From: Basidiobolus meristosporus CBS 931.73
Taxonomy: Eukaryota > Fungi > Basidiobolomycota
Assembly: GCA_002104905.1 (NCBI GenBank)
Contig: MCFE01000006.1
Span: 62,001-126,000, forward strand
Reading direction: 5' to 3'
Length of the DNA: 64,000 nt
Position 1 is the first letter of the stretch, and every line of letters begins with the position of its first letter. Made by a program: the position numbers and the translations under genes. The notes under the pieces were generated by a model, which saw only the letters and a program-made list of their open reading frames with translations, was not told where the DNA came from and did no database searches. Positions 12,948-25,399 of this stretch are shown piece by piece.

Positions 12948-14590
12948 ATGGGCATCTGTTTATCACAAGAGGAAAAGGAGGCTCGTGGAAGAAGTTTGAC
13001 CATCGACAGAATCATTGAACACGATAATCGAAGATCCAACAAAGAATGCAAAATTCTCTTATTGGGTTAGTGATATATTTAATATCAATGCTGAGTTTGG
13101 AATGCGCCTTTTTACCTTTCGATGATACTTCAGGGAGTGGGGAATCTGGCAAGTCGACGATTGTTAAGCAGATGAAGATTATACATCAAAATGGATATAC
13201 GTCGGAGGAATTATCTTTATTCAAGGCTACAATTTTCAAGAACTTGATAGATTCCGCGCAAAATCTCGTCCTGGCGATGAACAAATTGCAACTTGAGCCC
13301 TTTGAGCCCAAAAATAAGGTATCTATTCATATTTCGTGCACATATGGAAAGGGACATCAAACATTAATTACATTTCTTGTACTTGGAAATAGGAATATGC
13401 CAATATCATTCTTAATGTGAGGTATGAAGGAGGGTATGCGATGAAGCTGACACCAGAGTTCGTTGATGCTACGGACTCTCTTTGGAAAGACCCGATCATC
13501 CCCAGTTTATTAGAGAAGCATAGAGAATTTTATCTAATGGACTCAGCTCCGTAGTAAGTAGAATTTTTTCTTACCGTTTATTCCAATTGCAGTAAATAAT
13601 CTTCCCAGTTTTTTTACTCATGTAAAACGTATTGGCTCTCGAAATTACATACCTAACGAAGCAGATGTCTTAAGAGCTCGGTCAAAAACGACTGGTATCA
13701 TCGAAACCAGATTCAACATGGGCCAGCTTAGTATACAGTCGGTTTTTGAAAGGTCATTTCAGCTTTTCCAGCAGCATTAACTCTTATATCTTTGCAGTAT
13801 GTTTGATGTTGGTGGACAACGCTCAGAACGAAAAAAGTGGATCCATTGCTTTGAAGGCGTGACATCAATTATTTTCTGTGTCGCACTCAGTGAATATGAT
13901 CAAGTTCTCTTGGAAGAATCAGGACAGGTATATCTGACAGGGATGTATCTTCTACTATAATGACTTATTGTTAACTGGAATCAATCTCCTAGAACCGTAT
14001 GACAGAAAGTCTTGAATTATTCGAGTCCATTGTGAACAGCAGATGGTTTTTACGTACCTCTGTCATCTTCTTCCTAAACAAAATCGACCTGTTTCGCGAG
14101 AAACTTCCCCGTGTCCCACTCTCAAATTATTTCCCTGAATATACTGGTATGCAATTATTCTTCGCTTATAGTACTGGCTAAGCTAACAACATAGCGTAGG
14201 GGGCCCAGATATCACCAAAGCAGCCAAGTATATTCTATGGAGATTTACGCAGACCAATCGAGCAAAACTCAACATTTACCCACAGTAAGTACGAAAATCA
14301 AATCATCATTCATTCCTTTGCTAATTTATTTTATTTCTCTAGCCTGACACAGGCGACTGACACGTCTAAGGTTTGTTGAAAATGAACATTTATATTTCTC
14401 TTTCAGCCATATATTCAATGACGACTATTTATCACTTATACGGGGATTCTAGATAAAGTAAATGACACCGGGTATTATTATCTGCTAGCACCGGCTTATT
14501 TACCCATTGTTGATTATGTATAGGCTTGTGTTTGCTGCTGTAAAGGAGACTATACTGCAGAACGCTCTGAAGGATAGCGGGATTTTGTGA
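12948..14590 (+). CDS. Heterotrimeric G-protein alpha subunit, fungal group III (cAMP-pathway type), multi-exon
   Basis: MGICLS (myristoyl/palmitoyl N-terminus), KILLLG|[83 protein letters not shown]. Confidence 0.97.
14453..14457 (+). other. Predicted 5-nt micro-exon (ATAAA) of the G-alpha gene
   Basis: Flanked by TTCTAG acceptor and GTAAAT donor; inclusion gives TDTSK-IK-LVFAAV, exactly the conserved length; skipping it frameshifts the C-terminus. Confidence 0.75.
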
Positions 14591-15154
14591 TGCTCACCAG
14601 CTGTATTTTTCCAATACAACCAAGAGACAATATTTCATAAGCATATGTATATCTACTTGGAACATCACCTGCACCATTATGGAATCAATGTACATCGAAT
14701 ACTGGATCACCAATTCCTCGCTTGTAGCAAATTTATTCAAGCGCGACAAGTAATAGAATTATGCTTAATATCTATAAACATATCATTCTAGACTGGGGTT
14801 CAGTTGAAGTCTGTTGGCCAAATCAACTCCGGGTCTTTTCATATACATATATATGTCCATTTCGCATCGGCTACAGTCTTCCAGGAATCGCTGCGATCCA
14901 GATCAATGCCAGAATTTGAAGTAACATATATTGCATATTAGCTTGGCAAATTGCCGAATGATATCGATGATGAAACATTATCGTAATCATCGACAAATAC
15001 CAATAACCGTGACTGCTTACATAACTGAAATGACATTTGGCGCAATAAAACCAAGAAAGATATAGGAAGCAAAAAAAATCCGTCTTGACCTCGCATTTTA
15101 TCTCCATATAACATTAAACCCTACCCACCTTTTCGTTCTAAACAATCTTGCGCA

Positions 15155-15587
15155 ATGCTCAAAGGGAAGAAGCCTGAACGCCAATTTACTCCACCGCCTT
15201 CGTGTAAGTCAAAACCTCAAACATACCAGCTTTGTGCAAACAAGCCTAATCCTATTGAAAGATGATCAAGCAACCTCTAGTTATGTACATCCTTCGCATT
15301 CTGTTGCAGTTCAAATAGAAACTGAGAATCAGCCCATTCTACCTGGTTCTAGAGGAAATTACCAAGGAGTAAGCGCTGCTAGCACAACTAACCATATACG
15401 TCAGCGTAGAAGTGGGCATTGCTGTGGGTTTAATTGCCATATCATCCTTTGGACTATAGTTGTCTTCATTATCGGTCTATTTATATTGAATGTAGGTGGT
15501 TATCCCCCAAGTGCCAACGGTATTTAGAAATTTACCTATTTACTCAAGGAGTACATCGACCAGGAGTGGGAAAGTATACTGACGTAG
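15155..15587 (+). CDS. Small single-pass membrane protein with N-terminal PPSY motif; 3 exons predicted
   Basis: ATG 15155 MLKGKKPERQFTPPPS|YDQ (GTAAGT..AAG intron), HCCGFNC followed by a TM segment (IILWTIVVFIIGLFIL), putative intron 15492-15548, then EYIDQEWESILT*. Confidence 0.55.
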
Positions 15588-16523
15588 AAGTAGTGCACAA
15601 ATATACTTCAAGTGACCGTATTAACGGGCAAGATAGAATGGCGCTTTACTACTATCAGATTTATTCCCTGTTACTCGCAATCAACCTTGTTTACCAATTT
15701 GAAAGATGTACTTCAAAGTAGCTTCAGGCGTTACCATTAGAGCGTATTGATAACCCACAGCGATTGTGTAGCTTTAAGAACCATGATAATAAACAACATG
15801 GTACTGCATATAGTGAATTTGCACGTGCGACTAGGGTATCTCTTGGACTATTTCGCAGAGTTATTGTTGTTGCATAGTCCAACTAGTTGCCTTTCGCTCT
15901 CGAGTCATCATAGCCTGCTTTTGAAGCAACCTTCTCTCCAAGCCACAAAGAAGACAGTCGGTTCATTTGATCACATGATATTGTGATGTGGGGACTTCCG
16001 GGAGCTGTGACCGTCATGTCGTTGTGAACCCTTTCGAAAACCTCTGTAACACCAAATAGTTTCTGGAAAGATGGTGGCATCACACACAACCCAAATCCAT
16101 GAACATAGAAGCTGTTTCAGAATAGAGCTTATGAAATTACGTTTTTCTTTTACGAAGGGAGATGTAACACCCATTAATTAACATTTCTGTGATGGCATGT
16201 GACGTCACTGCTACAATTACAGTAAGTCGTTTTCAATTCCTGGTTTAAGGATGTTTCTCCGTTTAGTGCAGATCGGGCTACACCTGAGCTTGAAGTGGTA
16301 TTTGAAAATGGTGGACTTTAATGCAGAGGAAAACGAGGCGTGAAGCACAAGCAATAGTAGGTTACAAAACTGGAGAAGTGCAATAACTGATGAAAGAATG
16401 AGGGAAAATAAACTTCGGGCTTGGGCATGTACAGATAGTTGAACAAAAAATATAGGCAGATGATCTAACGATTAGGAGGCTTAGAGATGTGGCGAGAACA
16501 TTCCCAATAGTTATCCTATATTG

Positions 16524-19446
16524 TCATGCACTTTGGGTCAGGGAATTTCTACTGTCGGAGCTCGGCATTGATCGTAGCGACCGGAAGGTGGTCGAACGAG
16601 AGATACTGGTTTTGCGAGCCAGGCGCTTTATAAAGCTATGCTGAGAGCAGTTATGAGGACTTATGCGGTGTAATTCTTGAACTTCCCGTCGTAGCTGCTC
16701 TAGATCTTTTTTCATCGCATCTCGCACAATTTCCTCCGACATGTCTGCTGGATCAAAATTACAGGCATTCAGATATTGTCCAAAAAGCTCGCTGTTTTCG
16801 CTTGCATCATAAACGTTTTCAACTGCAAAGTGGTGGCGTAAAAATATGTTCTGAGTAATTAATGAATCTAAGCCAAGATCGTTGCCAAAGAACCGGCGTA
16901 GTTTCGTTAGCTTTCTCTGGCGGGTTGCTTTGTCGACCTCAAGAGTATCGCTGGTACCCTCGAAGGGCTCGCGCTCATTAAAATTGTACATCGAATAGGA
17001 ATCTGATCCATCTGTCGATTCGTCGTTCATATCCGATAATACTTCTAGGTATAGCATCATATCTTCCACTGAGCTCTCGGAGTCCAATATGTGAGATAAA
17101 ATAGAGGATCGACATTGATATGAAAGTTCCATATCTTTGTTTACAGTGAGGTATTCTTTAGGCGGGTGGTGACCGAATACTTTCTCAAGCTTGTTGGCCT
17201 TCTTTAGCTGTAATTTGCGAATCTCTGGAGGCATTGGCCTGGCGTTTCGCTGGATCAATGCCTCTCTTCGACTGTCAGTCCCTATGGATCCATTCTCAAT
17301 TTCGTTGGATGAAGGATAGACACCTAAAAGTTGATACAGTTTCACCAATTTTTTTCGCTTGATCTCTTTCGAGTTGCGACTGATGTTGCTTCTTTCGACC
17401 GAATGGTCCTTTATCTCCTCGATTGGCGATTCGTAATAACTGATCGAACTATCCGCCTGCTTTTCAGTTAACTTGTGGGCTATTGTCGGGTTTGTTAATG
17501 ATTTAGATACTAGTTGTTCGTCCATGGGCTCTCCGAAAAGTAAATTCAATTTGCGTGTTCGCTTTGTCAAGAGACGACGTTCCTCCGGGGAAAGGTCATT
17601 ATAGGTAACCATAGGGCATAAGGAGATGGTTTTTTCTGGTTCGAAGCAATTGCTGACTTCAAGGTTTTCCGAAGAGCCAAGTAGATTTTGATGAGCCAAC
17701 TCGGTAGTAGAGAGTTTTTTCCCAAAGAATCCTTCGAGCTTCTCCAGCTTTTCGATCTTTTTCTTTTTCAGCATCTCTTTGTCAGAGTTGACTATGGTGT
17801 TTATGTTTTGAGGATTCTCGGTGAAAGTAGGTGGCAAGGAGCCCGGTGAGAACACTGACTCGTCAATCATTCTTTGGATAACCTCTTTTTCGAACGACCT
17901 TCGACCCAGAATCTTGGCCAGCTTCTTTTTCAACAGTAGTTTTTTGCTAGTATGGTCCAGGCTTGCATATTTGGATGTGAAGTATGGGTGTGGATCAAGC
18001 GGTGGAAACATTTGATTCATGATCTGATGAAGAATGCTTTCTCTTTCCTCCGGAACATCCTTCATATCTATCTTTGCTCCGTGGTATCTGTGGATAACCT
18101 CCATTACGTTGGCTACGGTATTTATATCGAACTGTAGCCATCTTGTTACACACTCGCCGATATAGGCTTCTTCAAACTTCGTGGGTTCTAGAGAGTGTCG
18201 GTTAGCTTTGGTGCAAATAAATGAAGAAATTGCTAAAAGCGCTTACCAGATGCCCTCTCTTGTAGTAGCCTAGCATACAATTCGCTTACCTCGAACTGAG
18301 GTACAACGCACTGAGCCAGCATGTCAAATACATGTTCTTGAGCTTCATCAAAAATATTTATGTTGGGGACGTGTTGTGGAAATGATGTGGGCTGAGGAAT
18401 TGCCTTTCTGATTTCCTCGGGGATGTTAATTCTTAGCGGGCCATCTTGGGCAATATATACCTTGTAAAGATAATCAGCAATGACCGAAACCAACGAAGAC
18501 TTTGTACATCTATAAACCTCCACTTCCACCCAAAATAGGAAGTTTTCCAATGCATTCATTTTTAAGCAAAATTCTCTCAAATAATTCAGACCCATCTTGT
18601 TCTGGAAGATGTTATGCATTTTGGGATCCGTCGATCTCATTCTCGAAGGAACCAACACGCCGTTGGCTTTACACATATCGGTCTTTTTTGTAGAATGGTG
18701 TCTTGGAAGGGATGGGAAGGCACTTTGTTCATCCAAGTGATTGCCAGGCGATTGGGTGCTTCCGAATGGACATGACCATCTTCTTACTTCACCGGCAAAG
18801 TTCCCATCATCCAACTCTCCAAGACTTGAGTGGTCTGTAGCATAAAATGTTGAGTTTGAGGCAGGTGAAGGTATATCAAGCAGTTCGTCCTACCTTCATA
18901 GATGTTTACTACTCGAACGAAATCATTCAAGCTCAGGATATCTCCCACTCTGTCGGTGAAATCCAACTCTACTCTGCCAAAAAAGATCGCACCACACACG
19001 AGCGGCTTAGTATTGTTTTCGTTATCTTCTTCAAGGCTTGGGTCGAATCCCAAGAGCTCAGATTCCGTCAAATCCTCCATAAGATCTTTTTCAAGAAGTT
19101 GCTTGAGACTTTGATTGGACTCCTTAACGTAATCCAGGCTGTTTGTAAGTTGTGGTGAATTCGAGTAATTGAAAGCATATTCAGCCTCGATTAGCCTAGC
19201 TAACTCTTCCACAGTGCTTGAGCGAGCTATGGTCACGGGGAAGTACCGCTGCGACGTGACAAACACGATCACCTTGATGTAGGACTCAATATGCTCAAAG
19301 GTCCTCTGATTACGGGCTGCCTGAATCTCGGAGCGTCGTGGCTGACGAGTGAATTGTTTCAAACGAGGGATGTCATGTTCAACACTCGGAAAATAAGAGT
19401 ATCTGTGACAACGAAGGTTTGGACTAGCAGCAGAAAATTGTTGCAT
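16524..19446 (-). CDS. Large RGS-domain protein (ubiquitin-like N-terminal segment, RGS domain, repeat-containing tail); 5' end uncertain
   Basis: ORFs 18784-19554, 18233-18814 and 16524-18104 join in frame via two GT-AG introns; RGS signature GLNYLREFCLKMNALENFLFWVEVEVY..YKVYIAQDGPLRINIP..IFDEAQEHVFDML..PQFEVSELY. Confidence 0.88.
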
Positions 19447-21492
19447 TGGACAAGGGCTGGCTACGCTTGTGGGAGACTGCTCAAAGGAAAAGATCTCTCT
19501 ACTACAGGGTAATGACTCGAGGGAGGAAAGGATTATTGAAGGTGGGTGGAGCAATCTGTGGGAGGGTCTAGAGTTTGATTAGATGCTCTAATCCCCGGCC
19601 GTATGGTGCGTTTTAAAGTCGGTAAAATAGGGGCTGTGGAAGAAAATTTCATCGATTACCAATTGTGCTTTAGCAGCTTTGGTGTTTCTTAGACAGTGCC
19701 TGGGACTTTGATCATTATTTCTCGGCTGGCCAGCATCAACTCAGTGATGGATTGGCCTAAGGCGAAACACTTTTCACGCTGAAAGCAATCCCCTATCTCA
19801 AAAATCCTGGTTGGCCAAGGACTGAACTAGTCGTTTGCAATTAACCGCCCTGTATCCAGCATTGTGAATAACTTGGATGATCTGCTGCTACGGTTGGATT
19901 GATATTCATACCACCACAGTGAAACCGTCTCTGGTGATCCAACATCACCCACTGGACAGTGGAAAGCACTAGCTTCCTTTGGGGCGATTCAGAGGCAGTC
20001 ACAGAAGGGGGCTTCAACCGAATCAGCTCTTGGTGATAGACGTTCCCAGATAGCACCGTCGCTGGCTATGGATAATGGTGCACTAGCAAATAAACATTAC
20101 ATGCAGGTCAGTCTACCAAAGTTATCGACAAGCACTTGTATTTACCTCAAGATGGTAAGTTTTGATTGAATTTGGGATTAGCCTCCTTGAGATATCATAT
20201 AATACTTGAGTGGAAGGGTAAATATATTACAGTTGGTTGAGCGCAGCAACTGGTTGTCGTTTGAATCAGTGTATCACTTCATTTCGATCGCCGTAGATTC
20301 CATCCCCCTATTAGGCACACACTACTACCACTCCTGCGTGATCTCTTTCCCAAAATAAATCATACGAAAATCATTTTGTTGATGATGAATGGTTTCAATA
20401 GACCTCGGACCATTAGACGAAGCAGCAATGAAAAGCGATTGTTCATCCCTAGTATTACAGGTTCAAATGCATGGATTCCTGGCATCTTAGTGGACATCGG
20501 CGATATCGAATTCTATTCTTGCAATGACTTGAAATATTAAGGCCATATAAATCATATCGATATTTACCGAATTCAATCATCTTGTTACGGGATGTCAACA
20601 CAGTGTCAGTGGTAACTACGGTCGATGATCCTAATAGACTAAAGCTAATAATTTATCATCAGTATATAGTCCAGGCGAGAAAGAACTCAATCTCTGCACG
20701 TAGCAGCAGGAGGTGTATGATGGATAAAACACCTAAATGATTACATAATGATGTCAGGTGCTCGAACAACTCCCTGAACATCGATGCTACAACCAATGTT
20801 CTGATCTAGATATCCACTGCCTTTAGCTCCAGTAACGTAGCATTCAACGATAATAAATCCTCTCTAGGTAATCAGTGACTACATCAAGTATAGGACTACT
20901 CATATGATATAGGTCAATGGCTAGCGAATATCGCATTTAGCCATTCGAGGCTTTGTCATGATCCTTACGCGTTACCTTGTTTGAGTCATTCCAAGAGATG
21001 GTTGGTGAATAAGATGGGCAAAAGAAAGGCTGACTTGGTAAATCCCGGCCCTCAAAATTTCATTTGGATGCGACTTATCGGATACCGATGTGTTCAATGA
21101 TCGAGAGCCTCACTAGAATGTCGGTCTATTCATTGGCGAGTAGTGCATGGTTTTGTATCCAACTACGATCATTGAGCAATGATGCACTGGGTTGCTTACA
21201 GTAAATAATCATTGGTGAATGTATTCCGCAATAGAAGCCTGTCACCCGTGAGCTCTCAATACTTACAGTGCTTCATACTGAATGATGTCTACTATATGCT
21301 TTTCACTACTTTATTCTGTACCGATTTGTAATGAGTACTCATGGCGGGTTGGAAGCGCTCATATATGCCTGATTAAAGGGATAGCGCCATGTAACAATGC
21401 TATCATTTGTCTATCCACACTACGTATGTATGTATCCGACGGGCAAGTAGCAGATAGAGTCTAGTTTGAATATTGCCGTAATCCGGGTTATA

Positions 21493-21900
21493 TTATTTTG
21501 AACCTTGGCAATATTTTTTGGGAATGAATCTGCTCCACGTACGTAGAGCCACTCGCTGGAAATACGGACGCCTCCCAAATAGAGTACCCACTGTGACTAG
21601 GATACACGAATAGAGTGGAAGAGTAATAATCAAATGAGCGCCCCGATAGGACCACGGACCATGCCTCAGTGTTCCTTCAACGCCAAGCACACTCTTCAGA
21701 ATTGGTCGCGCGATCTTCATAGTGCTGGAGCCAGTTATCGCAAATACAGTCATAATTATGCTCCATTCTTTCCACCAAGGCCAACTCCATCGGACAAGAT
21801 CTCTTCCTTCGGGAGAAATGGTGAACTTCGGAGTAGAATGCTTGATGTTTGAGGTAGACGGAGGTAGTGCAGTAGAATGTGCAGAAGTAGAAGTATGCAT
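21493..21900 (-). CDS. Small intronless membrane protein resembling the DUF6787 family
   Basis: WSIIMTVFAITGSSTMKIARPIL..IITLPLYSCILVTVGTLFGRRPYF matches my recollection of the DUF6787 pattern (VFAITG..P.Y..LL...G.LFG). Family call from memory, not searched. Confidence 0.65.
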   Translation of the reverse strand: MHTSTSAHSTALPPSTSNIKHSTPKFTISPEGRDLVRWSWPWWKEWSIIMTVFAITGSSTMKIARPILKSVLGVEGTLRHGPWSYRGAHLIITLPLYSCILVTVGTLFGRRPYFQRVALRTWSRFIPKKYCQGSK

Positions 21901-24133
21901 TATGAGAGAATGTAACAATTAGCATTTCATGGTTGGCATCTACTTTTAAACAGTGGTGGCAGTCTAAGAACCGACGGCAACAGCGTCTAGTCCAGAATTG
22001 GGTGTAATGGCATTTCCTGAATTGACACTATTTCTCCGTTTTGCTGTTTTTATCCTGCCGCTCCGAGTTGGAAATTATTTCAAATCAATGCAGATTTAGC
22101 AAGTTGAATAACAGATGTACATTAGGTGACCCAAAATTGGCAGGTTGTAATATTCCGACTATCAGTGATTTCTGAGTGTACGGATGTTGTCCTTTTATGG
22201 GCATTGGACATCCTGTTTTTTGCAAGCCTTTCATATCTCCATCTGGACGGATCATGCAAAGACTAAGCAAGCAGGCAATGGTCAGATAAAAGTTCAAGGA
22301 TACCTCTGACTGCTGTAAATACAATGGAATTGGCAGGCAAGGTAAATCTAGAATATGTCGAGTTCAGCACGGCAACAAGATAAGTGTCTTTTACGAGGAC
22401 GGCATAGATCTACTTAGCCTAGACTCCGTTGAAATTCGGAGTATCACAGAACTTGTTAAAAACTTTCCAGAAAGAGGTGTTTCCAAGAGGTCTATTTAAG
22501 CGACACCAGTGTATCTAGCTCCTTACGCTCTGGTATTCAATGATTGTAATCATCATGGAACAAGACTATCCTGAGCTATGGCTGTTTGAAACCATTGCCT
22601 GAATTTTTAGGATTGCTTTATGACCACCAAATACCTGTTCGAAGCATATAACCCGGATGATAAGGGCGGTTTGACTGGAAATACATAGGTGGCTCATCCA
22701 TCAATCTTTATGCAAGCTTTAGTATACACGCCACGAACTGTACTAGTGATACATTTATCAGACTGATTCAGGGTGAGGTGTGCTGCTTCAGTGAAGATTA
22801 TCTTCAATGGATCAATCAAAATATTGATGACACCTTGGTCCATATAAGTTTAAAGTGAGCAGCTGATTCGGCCGTACGAAGTGTGTGCTTTGCCACTCCT
22901 TGGTATTATTGTAGATAAAGCGTTTAGGCCATTAGCAAAGCTTTGAAACGTTTCCAAGTTTGATTGATGCGCGCATCGTCAATATTGATAGATGCCAGTA
23001 TCTTTGTCTTGTATCGGGCTAAATTCTCTGGTACCTTCTATGCCTTCAATACCCGTAATGTTGCAAATAATTAGTATTGCACCATGATTATTCATGTATT
23101 ATGATTTCGCAGCTAACGTTATCGAAATGGATTTCGTGGGATCTTTTTTACCGTTTGATAAAGGATCACAAATGTTGCGTGCAACTTTCCATGGGCTTCC
23201 ACAACGAAGCGAAAACCGCTTTCTTCTACTTATCACCAGATGACTTCCAAATCGCAACTCGCTTCTCGCAACTGGCTAATTTATCAACGCGAGCAAGGTG
23301 ATCTTCATTTGCATTATATGCTCACTCTATACTATGGTCTTGGGTAACCAAGACTTCTGTTTTTACTATCTTCTCAATTCCCTAATCGGTACGTCATATA
23401 TGCGTGATCTCTGAAAGTTTAGCTATGATTGGACATCCATTCTAAACTAGAGCTAGTCGTGTGATGGAGGTGGAATTACTGTAATCCAAAAGTATTAGAA
23501 GAATGCTTTTGTGTGCTTATCTGTAGAATGCGTTGCTAGCGCTTATGCCATGCTATCTTGAACGGGCTTAGGGAGTTGTGTACTAAGTTTTGAAAGTGGT
23601 TGGTAACACACCTTCATTTTCAGATAGTATATTGGTCAATTTGGTACAACATGCTTAGATTTGATTTCATTGGAATGATAATTATATTTAATCTCTCAAT
23701 ATTGATACGATTCATAAAGGCTGGTTGTCTCTTTGAACTATTCCAGTCATATATTTTGGTGAAGTATTCAACCTCTAGTAGCACTTTTTGATAGTAATAT
23801 ATGCTCAAATGCATTAGATGTTTGAAATTAATGATAATATGTAGGATTCAAATAGTATGGGGATGAGACAACACTGAAGGTTCAGTTAATTTGGGTTTTC
23901 TTAATAGTTGTCATACTTACCCTAGGTATAGCCACAAGCTTATAGTACTCTTAGCTCCTTAGATATCTAGTAGTTAGATTGTATACTTCTCTAAATATTA
24001 CATGTCAAATTACACTTATCACACAAACTTTAATTCTTGCTTTCGAAGAGTTGAATGTTGAGTTCAAGTTTCATTTGTTGAACATTTTGGGGAGACTTGA
24101 AGGTGATTTGTTCTACATATTTGAAGAGGCATG

Positions 24134-24478
24134 TGTTGTAAATCTTGCAATTACATCAAAATATTCCATTGGCTTAGTCACTAAAACCATGGTCTACAAA
24201 CATTGGAATTTTTACCCAAATTTCTATTTGAGAATTACTTGGAATACTCTACCAAAACATCAGGTACCAAAGACTTGATAGAGCAGTGAGTTGTCCAAAG
24301 GCCACTAAAAGTTTGCACACATGCTCTTGAGACCTTTCAAAGCATATTCTACATGATTGATTTGGCTGTGTAGAAGTAAAAGTATCACTTTTGCATCAAA
24401 TAAAATATTGGGAGGAAATTATACAATCTAGGCTTTTTTCCAGCCACTTCTAACATCTCCAAAGCACTTACCACAACA
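24134..24478 (+). repeat. Degenerate Ty1/copia LTR, copy A
   Basis: Starts TGTTGTAAAT after purine-rich GAAGAGGC, ends ..ACAACA; core TTTGCACACATGCTCTTGAGACC shared with the other copies. Confidence 0.75.
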
Positions 24479-24573
24479 AGCATCATTTTTGCTTCGAAAG
24501 AACCATTAGTCAAGTGTCATAGAGGCTACTAGTTCCTCACCTATTCATATCACTTACAGCAATATGAATAATT

Positions 24574-24838
24574 TGTTGTAAATCTTCTAGCTACATCCAA
24601 ATACTCCATTAACTTAGTGACCTGAATCATAGCCTATGAATCCTAGAGTATCATGCTCAAATTCTTTGCTGGGAATGACTTACCAGGTTATCAAAGTTCC
24701 CAAAGTTATCAAAAGGCCCACAAACCTTGCATATTATGCTCTTGAGACCTTCCTGAACATACTAAAATCACAAAGTGAGATCCACATCACCTACTTGTTC
24801 TCTCAATCATTTCTAATACTTCCAAGACTCTTATAATA
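24574..24838 (+). repeat. Degenerate Ty1/copia LTR, copy B (internally deleted)
   Basis: Starts TGTTGTAAATCTT, contains ATGCTCTTGAGACC, ends CAAGACTCTTATAATA; about 95 bp downstream of copy A. Confidence 0.72.
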
Positions 24839-24859
24839 TAGGTCAATTGTAAGGTAAAT

Positions 24860-25060
24860 GATTACAATAGAGTTTCTGTTGAGCTGTGTGTGGAACTCTG
24901 ATGGTATCAAACAAACATCTCAAAAGAAATATATAAAGGGTGCCACTAAGAGATGCATAGCATGCTAAAGGCTTAGATCGACATTGTGAACTGTTATCCT
25001 TTGGATTGCAGCCTTTCATTACAATGAAGCTCTGAAATGAAATCAGGCCCAATTAGAGTT
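24860..25060 (-). pseudogene. Possible copia integrase fragment
   Basis: IRVPHTAQQ resembles the integrase TxPYTPQQNG motif; segment is CpG-poor like the other copia relics. Confidence 0.35.
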
Positions 25061-25399
25061 GGGTCACTGTAGGCATTAAACTGCAGTAGATTTTGCATTG
25101 ACAGCATAATATTTATATTGGCCTAGCCATTCAGATTTATATTCAATACTGCATTAAATGAAAACCATAATCTACAAGTTCTCGCAATCACTTTTAATAT
25201 CTGCAAGACTGACAACTTGAAGAAAGTAGGAACACTATTCCATCACATCGAGCGATCTTACTAAGAACATTCCTTTGATTATACTGTACCATCCATTCAT
25301 CAAGGAGATCCGTTTCAGCCCTCGGGCATCCCAGAGTCACCAGCTAGCAACCATCTATCAAAATCTGGAATTCGCAACTTAGATTGTGATCGGGTTTAA

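Noticed and set aside
15883-16174. Two overlapping - strand ORFs of 67-68 aa
   Set aside because: Could be a small spliced gene, but I could not build a convincing model or recognise homology.
22380-23320. Coding-like stretches with many stops
   Set aside because: All frames are interrupted and no family motif is recognisable.
23913-23926. ATACTTACC, resembling the U1 snRNA 5' end
   Set aside because: Diverges immediately (CCTAGG instead of TGG); no U1 stem-loops or Sm site follow.
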